64,000 nt of DNA from an uncultured Monoglobus sp. (GTDB taxonomy: Bacteria > Bacillota > Clostridia > Monoglobales > Monoglobaceae): the NCBI GenBank assembly GCA_947630135.1, contig CANRGH010000009.1:1287-65286 (forward strand). The letters run 5' to 3'. Under the pieces are notes generated by a model that did not search any database, was not told the DNA's origin, and saw nothing but the letters and a program-made list of their open reading frames with translations. The translations under genes and the position numbers were made by a program. Positions 1 through 8,800 of the stretch are shown in pieces (position 1 is the stretch's first letter; every line of letters starts with the position of its first letter).

Positions 1-490
1 GCTGTGCGGCTTCACCGCGGGCACCGACGGCAGCGCGCTGATGTCTCAAAACCTGGATATGCTTCAGTTTTTCTATCCGAAGTCCGAATATGAGGGCGCG
101 GTGTATTCCGACCCGTTTATGAGCTCTAACATGCAGAGCGTCAGGGCGATATATCCGTGGCTTCAGACTTACAGCAGCTTCCTTCAGGGAGATTTTCCCC
201 TTGAGGTATACAAGACCAACGTTAACAACGGGCGCAGGCTCTGCATATTAAAAGAGTCATACGGCGACGCGTTCTCTGTGTGGGCGCTCAATAATTACGA
301 GGAAATTTACATAGTTGATTACAGAATGTGGAACGGCGGAACATACGGCGGCTATGACAGCAGCGGACTCGCGTTTAAGATCAAGGATTTTTACGACTTT
401 GTGAAATTTGACGATCTTATCATAATAAGCTATCCGGTTTCCGTTTCGGTCGAGGCGCAAGCAAATCTGCTCGCGGCGTTTGCAACATAG
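1..490 (+). CDS. DHHW-family protein (SGNH/AlgX-like), C-terminal part; 5' end lies outside the window
   Basis: Frame is open from the window edge; NNGRRLCILKESYGDAF...YEEIYIVDYR resembles the DHHW-family C-terminus. Confidence 0.6.
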   Translation, partial: LCGFTAGTDGSALMSQNLDMLQFFYPKSEYEGAVYSDPFMSSNMQSVRAIYPWLQTYSSFLQGDFPLEVYKTNVNNGRRLCILKESYGDAFSVWALNNYEEIYIVDYRMWNGGTYGGYDSSGLAFKIKDFYDFVKFDDLIIISYPVSVSVEAQANLLAAFAT

Positions 491-536
491 TGATCAGTGA
501 TTAGTGAATAGCGAATACGCGGAATAAATCGGCAAA
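483..536 (+). repeat. Dispersed TAGYGAW-heptamer repeat element, copy 1
   Basis: CAACATAGTGATCAGTGATTAGTGAATAGCGAATACGCGGA aligns with 62169-62209 (5 mismatches in 41 nt). Confidence 0.75.
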
Positions 537-599
537 ATTCTATACCTTATCCCCGCGATACAAATTTGATCACCGTTCACCATAATAGGAGGTATTTTA

Positions 600-1259
600 A
601 TGGTACATATCGGAAACGACTGGGATGAGATCCTGGGCGGCGAATTTAAAAAGGATTACTACCTCAGGCTGAGGGCGTTTTTGGCAAAGGAATACCGCAG
701 CGGGACCGTTTATCCCGACATGTATGACATATTCAACGCCCTCAAATACACGCCATACAAGGACGTAAAGGCGGTAATACTCGGTCAGGACCCGTACCAC
801 GGCCCGGGTCAGGCTCACGGGCTGTGCTTTTCGGTGCTGCCCGGGATCGTGCCGCCGCCGTCGCTTAAAAACATTTACAAGGAAATATATGACGAGTACG
901 GAACTCCGCCTCCTGACGGCGGAGAACTGACGCGCTGGGCGAAGCAGGGTGTGCTGCTGCTCAACACGGTGCTCACCGTCAGAGCAGGCATGGCCAACTC
1001 CCACCGCGGCATGGGCTGGGAAATTCTCACCGACAAGATCATATCGCTGCTTAACGAGCGCGAGGATCCGATCGTGTTCATGTTGTGGGGCGCGAATGCG
1101 AGACAGAAAACGGCGCTTATCACAAACCCGCGCCACCTTGTGCTGACCGCCGCGCACCCGAGCCCGCTCTCGGCCTACAACGGCTTTTTCGGCTGCGGCC
1201 ATTTCAGAAAATGCAACGAGTTTCTGGCCGCGAACGGAAAAAGCGAAATAAAATGGTAA
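600..1259 (+). CDS. ung: Uracil-DNA glycosylase (family 1)
   Basis: GQDPYH water-activating loop, HPSPLS motif, GVLLLN; RBS AGGAGG. Confidence 0.97.
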   Translation: MVHIGNDWDEILGGEFKKDYYLRLRAFLAKEYRSGTVYPDMYDIFNALKYTPYKDVKAVILGQDPYHGPGQAHGLCFSVLPGIVPPPSLKNIYKEIYDEYGTPPPDGGELTRWAKQGVLLLNTVLTVRAGMANSHRGMGWEILTDKIISLLNEREDPIVFMLWGANARQKTALITNPRHLVLTAAHPSPLSAYNGFFGCGHFRKCNEFLAANGKSEIKW

Positions 1260-1309
1260 AAAACGGTCTGAAAAGACCTTTGTTGAATATAATTACAAGA
1301 GGTAATGCT

Positions 1310-1771
1310 ATGAAAAAAATATTAAGACCCGCGGCTCTGCTTGCCGCTGTATCAATGATCATCATGTGCGTTTCCGGCTGTTCTTTGCTTTCGCGGATCA
1401 AAGGGGATAACCCCGCTCCGGCACAGACAGAGACTCCCAAGCAGGAATCGATTGCAGGCTCATGGATTCTCGATAAGATCCTTGACAAAAACGGCGGCGA
1501 AGTTGCACCGGACGATATAAATATACCCATAAAGCCGTTTAGTGAAATGTCCGGCCTCACGGGAAGCATTTTGAGCGGCACCGAGTTTAAATTCAGTGAG
1601 GACGGCAAAGTATCATTTCTTTTCGTCTCAGGCGATTATACTTACGAAAACAGCACTCTGAGCATCTCGGTCCCGCAGTTTGAGGAAACGCTGAACGCGC
1701 CGTGCGAGATAAGCGGCTCAAAAATGAGCCTGAAGCTCGGCGACTATGAATTCATATTCAAAAAGAAGTAA
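1310..1771 (+). CDS. Lipoprotein, probable lipocalin-like beta-barrel
   Basis: Start reassigned to ATG at 1310 (RBS GAGGT); signal peptide with lipobox VSGC; IAGSWILDKI...FKFSEDGKV pattern. Confidence 0.7.
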   Translation: MKKILRPAALLAAVSMIIMCVSGCSLLSRIKGDNPAPAQTETPKQESIAGSWILDKILDKNGGEVAPDDINIPIKPFSEMSGLTGSILSGTEFKFSEDGKVSFLFVSGDYTYENSTLSISVPQFEETLNAPCEISGSKMSLKLGDYEFIFKKK

Positions 1772-1775
1772 CTTA

Positions 1776-1812
1776 AAACCGCGCGGGAGATCAAAAGATC
1801 CCCGCGCGGTTT
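1776..1812. terminator. Bidirectional intrinsic terminator
   Basis: AAACCGCGCGGG...CCCGCGCGGTTT between convergent genes. Confidence 0.85.
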
Positions 1813-1823
1813 CGTTTATCAAT

Positions 1824-2465
1824 TTAAGGCTTTGACAAAACAAAGTCGCTCAAAATTTTCGCGCTGCCGTCTATTCCCAAAACAGAGCTGTCGATCGTTA
1901 TGTGATAGCTCTTTACGCCGCCCCATTCGCGGTTGGTGTAGAAATTATAGTAATTGGCGCGCTTTTTGTCGGTCTTTCGCATAAGCTCGAGCGCTTCCTT
2001 CTCTTTCTGCTTATAAATTCTCATAACGCGTTCAAGCTTAAACTCCTCTGACGCGTGAATGAAAATATTTATAACTCCCGGAAAATCGCGCAGCACATAA
2101 TCCGCGCAGCGGCCGACAATAACGCACGACCGCTCGATCGCCAGATTTTCGATGACCTGCGACTGAATTCTGAAAACCGTGTCGGAGTTTAAAATCTCGC
2201 CCGAGTGGTAAAGCCCGTGCCTGTCAGACTGAAGGCCCATAACCAGCGAGTACAGAAGGCTGTTTGTGGGCTTTTCGTCAATTCCGTCGAACAAATTTTC
2301 CGAAAGGCCGCTCTCCTTGGCGGCGATGGCTATAAGTCCCTTGTCATAAAAATCGATCCCGAGCAGGTCGGCCAGCTTTCTGCCGATCTTTCGCCCGCCC
2401 GAGCCGAACTGACGGCCGATCGTAATTACATATTTTTTACCGAGCTCGTTATTTTCGCCGCACAT
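1824..2465 (-). CDS. Cytidylate kinase-like family protein
   Basis: VITIGRQFGSGG P-loop, CVIVGRCADYVL, DKKRANYYNFYT; start at 2465 after RBS AGGAGGTG. Confidence 0.88.
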   Translation of the reverse strand: MCGENNELGKKYVITIGRQFGSGGRKIGRKLADLLGIDFYDKGLIAIAAKESGLSENLFDGIDEKPTNSLLYSLVMGLQSDRHGLYHSGEILNSDTVFRIQSQVIENLAIERSCVIVGRCADYVLRDFPGVINIFIHASEEFKLERVMRIYKQKEKEALELMRKTDKKRANYYNFYTNREWGGVKSYHITIDSSVLGIDGSAKILSDFVLSKP

Positions 2466-2634
2466 GCAAAGCACCTCCTGTTTCGATTTTTTTATTCTAT
2501 CACATATTTCGCCCCAATGCAAAGAAAATCACAAAATTTAATGTATAAAAAAGAGGTATGAAAATTGTGCAAAATAACTAAATTTAATTCAGATTTTTAA
2601 ATTTATATTTAATCCGAGCATTAAAAAATTTTTA

Positions 2635-2663
2635 TTGACAATTTTTTGAAAATAGTTTATAAT
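2635..2663 (+). promoter_or_regulatory. SigA promoter of rpsF-ssb-rpsR
   Basis: Perfect TTGACA-17-TATAAT. Confidence 0.9.
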
Positions 2664-2694
2664 ATCAAAGTTGTATAAATTCTTTTATGTACAA

Positions 2695-2740
2695 TTCCTT
2701 ACTCCCGACGATGATCGGGGGTCAAAGTCCAGAAGGAGGT
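2695..2740 (+). promoter_or_regulatory. S6:S18 ribosomal protein leader (autogenous control)
   Basis: TTCCTT can pair with the SD AAGGAG; inner hairpin CTCCCGA/TCGGGG; CC motif just 5' of the SD; canonical position upstream of rpsF. Confidence 0.7.
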
Positions 2741-2746
2741 GACAAA

Positions 2747-3046
2747 ATGGCAGAACACATTAACAAGTACGAGACAATCATGGTATTGGACGCGTCCAAA
2801 ACCGAAGAGGAAACAGCGGCTCTGCTTGGCAAGTTCACGTCATTGATCGAAAAGCACGGCGAGATTGAGAGCGTCGACGAGTGGGGCAAACGCAAGCTTG
2901 CCTATCCGATCAATTTCATGAACGAGGGCTACTATGTCTTGGTTAACTTCACGTCGGACCCCGAGTTCCCGAAGGAGCTTGAGCGTGTTTACAAGATTAC
3001 CGACGGAGTTATGAGAAGCATTGTCGTAAGACGTGAGGAGGATTAA
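2747..3046 (+). CDS. rpsF: 30S ribosomal protein S6
   Basis: KYETIMVL...WGKRKLAYPI...GYY; start at 2747 after AAGGAGGTG. Confidence 0.97.
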   Translation: MAEHINKYETIMVLDASKTEEETAALLGKFTSLIEKHGEIESVDEWGKRKLAYPINFMNEGYYVLVNFTSDPEFPKELERVYKITDGVMRSIVVRREED

Positions 3047-3048
3047 TT

Positions 3049-3546
3049 ATGATTAACAAAGCGATTATAATGGGAAGACTCACTCGCGATCCCGAGGTCA
3101 GAACAACCAACTCGGGCAAATCCGTATGCAGCTTCACCGTGGCCGTTGACAACGGTTACGGCGAGAACAGACAGACCGAATTTATCAACTGCGTCGCATG
3201 GCAGAGCCAGGCAGACTTTGTCGGCAGATACTTCGCGAAGGGCATGATGATAATTGTTATCGGCCGTATCTCGACCAGAAGCTGGGAAGGTCAGGACGGA
3301 CGCAAAAACTACACGACCGAGATTGTCGCAAGCGAGGTAAGCTTCGGCGAAAGCAAAAAGGCGAGAGAAGCAAACGGCAGCTATGCCCCCGCGCAGCAGA
3401 ATTACTCTCAGTCCTATTCCGCTCCGCAGCAGCAGTACGCGCCTCAACAGCAGTACGCTCCCGCGCAGCAGCCCGCTATGCCCGACAATCTTGACGATGA
3501 CGAGTTCCTGCCGATTTCCGAGGTCGATGACGACCTTCCGTTTTAA
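3049..3546 (+). CDS. ssb: Single-stranded DNA-binding protein
   Basis: MINKAIIMGRLTRDPE OB fold; acidic DDDLPF tail; YAPQQQ-repeat linker. Confidence 0.97.
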   Translation: MINKAIIMGRLTRDPEVRTTNSGKSVCSFTVAVDNGYGENRQTEFINCVAWQSQADFVGRYFAKGMMIIVIGRISTRSWEGQDGRKNYTTEIVASEVSFGESKKAREANGSYAPAQQNYSQSYSAPQQQYAPQQQYAPAQQPAMPDNLDDDEFLPISEVDDDLPF

Positions 3547-3572
3547 AATTTTGAATAAGGAGAATTTATAAA

Positions 3573-3821
3573 ATGGCTGAAGAAAGAAGAAACGACAGAC
3601 CCCGCGGCAGACGCCCCAAGAGGAAAGTCTGCTCGTTCTGCGTCGATAAGGTAGACCATATCGACTATAAGGATGTTGCTAAGCTCAGAAGATATGTGAC
3701 AGAGCGCGCTAAAATTCTTCCCAGAAGAATAAGCGGCTGCTGCGCCAAGCATCAGAGACAGCTTACGGTGGCTATAAAGAGAGCGAGACAGATCGCCCTC
3801 ATGCCCTACACATCCGACTAA
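3573..3821 (+). CDS. rpsR: 30S ribosomal protein S18 (Zn-binding C+ form)
   Basis: KVCSFC...[33 protein letters not shown]. Confidence 0.98.
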   Translation: MAEERRNDRPRGRRPKRKVCSFCVDKVDHIDYKDVAKLRRYVTERAKILPRRISGCCAKHQRQLTVAIKRARQIALMPYTSD

Positions 3822-3823
3822 TA

Positions 3824-3858
3824 TGCATACCGCGCCCCGTTTTCGGGGCGTTTTGCAT
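3824..3858 (+). terminator. Intrinsic terminator after rpsR
   Basis: CGCCCCG-TTTT-CGGGGCG followed by TTTT. Confidence 0.75.
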
Positions 3859-3905
3859 GCCTGCAAAAATTAATCAACTAATTTTAATTTTTGTCTGAAA
3901 AAAGC

Positions 3906-3934
3906 TTGTATTTTGGAAATTTATGTGATATAAT
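3906..3934 (+). promoter_or_regulatory. SigA promoter of putP
   Basis: TTGTAT-17-TATAAT with extended TG. Confidence 0.75.
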
Positions 3935-3971
3935 ATTTTAGATATGTAAAATATTTTTCAGGAGGTTTAAA

Positions 3972-5501
3972 ATGACTCAACAGAACATCTGTATTATGAT
4001 CTCCATAATCCTGTACATGGTCATAGTTCTCGGTATCGGAGTATGGTTTTCAAGAAGAAACAAAACCGCCGACGACTTCTATCTCGGCGGCAGAAAGCTC
4101 GGTCCTTTCGTAACCGCGATGAGCGCCGAGGCATCCGACATGAGCAGCTATCTGCTTATGGGCGTGCCGGGACTCGCGTATCTGACCGGTCTCGCGGACG
4201 CGTCGTGGACGGCAATCGGACTTATAGTCGGTACATATTTAAACTGGCTAATCGTCGCCAAGAGACTGCGCCACTATTCGAGCCGCATAGGCGCTGCCAC
4301 GATCCCCGCGTTTTTCTCCGAGAGATTTAAGGACAAGTCGAGAATGCTCAGCGTTATCGCGGCGATCGTCATCATCATCTTCTTCGTTCCCTACACCGCT
4401 TCGGGCTTCGCGGCCTGCGGCAAGCTGTTCAACTCGCTGTTCGGCGTGAGCTATCTGGGCGCGATGATCGTCTGCGCGGCAATAATCATTATCTACACAA
4501 TGCTCGGCGGATTTCTTGCGGCCAGCACCAGTGACTTTTTGCAGGCTGTCATAATGTCTATCGCGCTTATCGTTGTTTTGATTTTCGGAACGGTTCAGGC
4601 CGGCGGCCTCGGACAGGTTATCGAAAACGCCAAGCAGATCCCGGGCTATCTGAGTCTGACAAATATATATGTTCCGGAGACCGGCGGTTCGGAGGTATAC
4701 GGCTGGTTCCGCAGCTGCTCAATGCTGGCATGGGGCCTCGGCTACTTCGGCATGCCCCACATCCTGCTTAGGTTTATGGCGATCGAGGACGCGAAAAAGC
4801 TCAAGCTTTCAAGACGCGTCGCCTCGATCTGGGTGGTTATCTCTCTGGGCGTCGCCGTGTTCATCGGTATCATAGGCATGGGTCTTGTCTCAAACGGCGT
4901 TATCGCTCCGCTTGCCGACTCCGAGCGCGTTATCATCGAGATCTCAAAGCTTCTGAGCGGATTTGGCGTTATCCCCGCTCTTATCGCGGGCGTTATCCTC
5001 GCCGGAATTCTGGCGGCCACAATGTCCACCGCGGACTCTCAGCTTCTGGCCGCTTCATCATCCGTCTCGCAGAACATTGTTAAGGAAAAGCTGTTCCCCA
5101 AGATGAGCGAGGAAACAACAATGATAATCGCGAGATTTACGCTTGTCGCCATAGCGATCGTCGCGGCAATTTTGGCGCGCGACCCCGAAAGCTCGGTATT
5201 CGGCATCGTGTCCTTCGCGTGGGCGGGCTTCGGCGCGTCATTCGGCCCGGTTATGCTGGCCTCGCTGTTCTGGAAGAGAACGACCAAATGGGGCGCGCTG
5301 GCGGGCATGATCGCAGGCGGCGCCATGGTATTCATCTGGAAGTACGGTATCGCCAAGCTCGGCGGTCTGTTCGCGATCTATGAACTGCTTCCCGCGTTCA
5401 TCACAGGCCTTCTCGCTATCATAATCGTAAGCCTTCTCACCAAGGCCCCCGAAAAAGAGATCATAGACGACTTTGAAGCCGTTTCCGAAATGAACGACTA
5501 A
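3972..5501 (+). CDS. putP: Sodium/proline symporter (SSS family)
   Basis: DFYLGGRKLGPFVTAMSAEASDMS, GYFGMPHILLRFMA, AATMSTADSQLL, FSFAWAGFGASFGP. Confidence 0.93.
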   Translation: MTQQNICIMISIILYMVIVLGIGVWFSRRNKTADDFYLGGRKLGPFVTAMSAEASDMSSYLLMGVPGLAYLTGLADASWTAIGLIVGTYLNWLIVAKRLRHYSSRIGAATIPAFFSERFKDKSRMLSVIAAIVIIIFFVPYTASGFAACGKLFNSLFGVSYLGAMIVCAAIIIIYTMLGGFLAASTSDFLQAVIMSIALIVVLIFGTVQAGGLGQVIENAKQIPGYLSLTNIYVPETGGSEVYGWFRSCSMLAWGLGYFGMPHILLRFMAIEDAKKLKLSRRVASIWVVISLGVAVFIGIIGMGLVSNGVIAPLADSERVIIEISKLLSGFGVIPALIAGVILAGILAATMSTADSQLLAASSSVSQNIVKEKLFPKMSEETTMIIARFTLVAIAIVAAILARDPESSVFGIVSFAWAGFGASFGPVMLASLFWKRTTKWGALAGMIAGGAMVFIWKYGIAKLGGLFAIYELLPAFITGLLAIIIVSLLTKAPEKEIIDDFEAVSEMND

Positions 5502-5563
5502 GGAAAACAGATTTCCGTAATAAGGATAATACATTACGAACTTTATCATTCACAATGAAATTT

Positions 5564-5599
5564 AAACGGATAGAGAAATCTAAACTCTATCCGTTTTTT
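5564..5599. terminator. Bidirectional terminator between putP and the LRR gene
   Basis: 12-bp stem AAACGGATAGAG/CTCTATCCGTTT plus T run. Confidence 0.8.
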
Positions 5600-5855
5600 C
5601 TATATTACTGTTCACATTTATATTACAAAATAAAACACATACAAAAGGTTTTTGCAATAAATCAGCATCATTTTCACAACTCCGAATGCTATATCCACCT
5701 CGCCTCTTTAGGAAAGTCGGCAGACGGCATCCGGCGAAAAAAGATCACTACTCACTATGTTTCCACCTCTTTCAGCGACAAAATCATTACCACATCATGG
5801 GGGAAGCAATATCGTTTAGTACATATATTTGTATTATGTGAATAATTTCAATTCT

Positions 5856-8800
5856 TTACAAGCTCACCTCTACATACTCCGCCAGAGGTTCTAATCTATC
5901 AAGATTGTCCCATACAAACACTTTTACATAAGCAGCGTTTTTCAGGTTTAATTTCAATATAATATTATTAGTTTCTCCGGGCAATGTCGTAATATCAGCT
6001 GACTTTATATCGGTAAGTACGTTATCACTCGAATAAGAACCGACAATCAGTTTAGCACCAAATCCTAAAATATTGCTTACGCTTACATTGACATTTTCAT
6101 CTAAGAAAGTTAAATCGTTTATAACATATACCATATTGTCGATGGGTTCAGTCGTAGGCTCTGCAGTCGGTTGGATTGTAGGCGTTTCAGTGGAAGAGGC
6201 ATTCGGACTTGTCGTGGGTTTCGCAGTCGGACTTGCCGCAGGCGTTGCAGTCGGACTTGTCGTGGGCGTTACAGTTGGACTCGCCGTAGGTGTCGCAATT
6301 GGACTTGCCGTGGGCGTCACAGTCGGACTTGCCGTAGGCGTCACAGTCGGACTTGTCGTGGGCATTACAGTTGGACTTGCCGTAGGTATCGCAGTTGGAC
6401 TCGCCGTAGGTGTCGCAATTGGACTTGCCGTGGGCGTCGCGGTCGGAGTTACCAAAGGCGTCACAGTCGGACTTGCTGTTGGTGTAGCCGTAGGAGCTAT
6501 TGTCGGTGTAGCAGTCGGACTTGCTGTGGGCTTTACTATGGGCGTAGCCGTTGGAGCCACTGACGGCGTAGCACTCGGACTTGATGTTGGAGCAGTACTT
6601 GGACTTACCATAGGCGCAGCGCTCGGACTTGTTGTAGGTAAAACCGATGGAAATGCCGAAGGCAAAGTAGAAGGTCCTGTTGTTGGCATTTCTGACGGCT
6701 GCATAGTCGGCTCGACATATGTTTCATCAGGAATCCACTTTGCATATAATACCACGCTTTGAGTTAATGGCTGATTTTCATATGGATAATGATATTCATC
6801 ATCAAAATACCACCCATCAAATATAAATCCATTTTTTTGTGGCATAATTTCACTATTTGCACTTTCGTTTTCTTTTATTGTTTGGCTTTGAACGCCACTG
6901 CCTCCCATAGTGTCAAAATCAACCGTGATATCGGTTCCGATAACCTTTAATTCGAAGGATTTTATCTTATGAGCATCGCCGTTTGATATTGTAGCAGTCA
7001 TAGATACATGCTGCGTTTCATCAGGTCTGCTTACAACGCCATCAGAATTTATAATATTTTCATTATTAGATTCCCATGTAATGATACTTCCATATAACCC
7101 GCCAGATTCCAATTCAATATTAGATCGCACATTATTGGCATTCTCGCCGGCTGAGTAACCAATTTTTGTATTATTGGTATCAAGATCAATTCGGCTTTGA
7201 TTATTATTATATTCCGCCAATGGCTCAAGAGTTTCACCACTATCATCTATGCCGATTATTGTATCTGATGTAATTGTATATATTATTTTTTTGTCATTTT
7301 TATTTTGGTAAGCTAAAGAATAAACATCGCCGTCATGATTTACGATGGTAACAATCGAAGGATGTGTTTGATTGACAGCAACTATTTTGATAGTTTTATC
7401 AAGAGTCGTAACACAAACGGAACTGTTTTCGTTATCGCGTGTTACTGTAAACTCATCATGATCGGACATAACTGCCATACTTGCGAGTGATATGAAATTT
7501 TGCTTATAACCATCGACTGGATTATAATAACCTAATGTACTATTATTTGAATCTTGTATTTCAAATGAGTCATCCTTATGAAATGTATACTGAATTTGAT
7601 AGTTATTTGATTTGTCATCCATTGTCAATTCTTCTGCCCAATATTCTACTACGGATTTACGCAATGAATTTATATCCATTAATTGAATCTGCGCCGTATT
7701 ATTTGAAAGCGACATCAACTCGAGTCTGTCCACGCCGTCCACTAAATTTCCATTTGTATTATACCAATTCTGCATAAGATTATTGGCAAAAGAGCTGCTT
7801 TCATATTCGCCGCTGTTTATTAACATGATCCAATCAATATAATCAACTATATCACCATTGCTATCAACTATTTTATTATAGATATTGGGAGCATTATGTT
7901 TAAAATAATAATTTATCATAAAATACTGTGCGGATTTTACGTTATTAATTGTTTCAAACACTTTTTGTCCCAATTTAAGAAGCTGAACTTCAAAGAGAGT
8001 ATTTGGAGCAAACTGTGCTATAAGACTAGTTGACTTAAAGTCCGAAATGTATGACTTTGTTGCGGAAGCGGCCTCCTGAATAACAGCGACCGATTTATAT
8101 TGATCGCCAAGGTCATTTATGAATGTTTTAAATACTTCACTTGCTACTGTTTTCGCTGACTTGCTTTTCAACTCCTCGTATACATCACTCGGTATACCAG
8201 ATAAAGAACCCAAGCCGCTATCCTTCCAAGCTGCTATTGATTCGGTCATTTGGCTATATAACTCATTTATTCCGCCTTCTTCCAAAATCATTTCAACATC
8301 TGGAATTAATTGTGACTTTGTAACTTTATACACATATTTCCCTGCTGTGTTAACAAGTTTTTGGGAGTAAATATTATAAATCACGGTTGCCATCGGATTC
8401 CGTTCAACACTGCTTATATATTCGGTATACTCCGCCGTTATCTTCTTAATCTTATCGGTTGTTTTATTAAGATCAATCACATCGACATTTTTAAGATATT
8501 CGTCTTCCCATAAGTTAACACTTTTAAGTGTGGAGTTGAGCATAATGATATCGCGCATAATATCATAAGTAGTATACTCATCGGCTGTCAATGCCATAGA
8601 ATTATCCATATATACGGTGGTAGGCATATATTTATTAATAATTTCCTGTGCTTCATAAGGTGTTATAGCAGCATCATAACCAAACTCTTTCGCCCACTCG
8701 TATAATTCCTCGGCGTATTCTGATTTTTTAGTTGATGGTGTGCCGGGGAGAGTTTTATCTTCGATTACATAAAACTTTTTGGGATATGACAATCTTACAT

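Noticed and set aside
483-540. CRISPR array suggested by the periodic TAGTGA repeats
   Set aside because: Units are 7 nt with no spacers, and no cas genes are present
1776-1812. REP family suggested by the shared CGCGG(A)...(T)CCGCG cores in several terminators (18298, 55403, 60630)
   Set aside because: Loops and flanks are unrelated, and each is adequately explained as a GC-rich intrinsic terminator
5555-5845. 96-aa ORF on +
   Set aside because: Runs through the terminator hairpin, has no RBS and no recognisable motif
6073-6762. 229-aa hydrophobic VAVGLAVG-repeat ORF on +, and the 6171-6563 ORF
   Set aside because: Antisense shadows of the PT/S repeat linker of LRR1; no RBS
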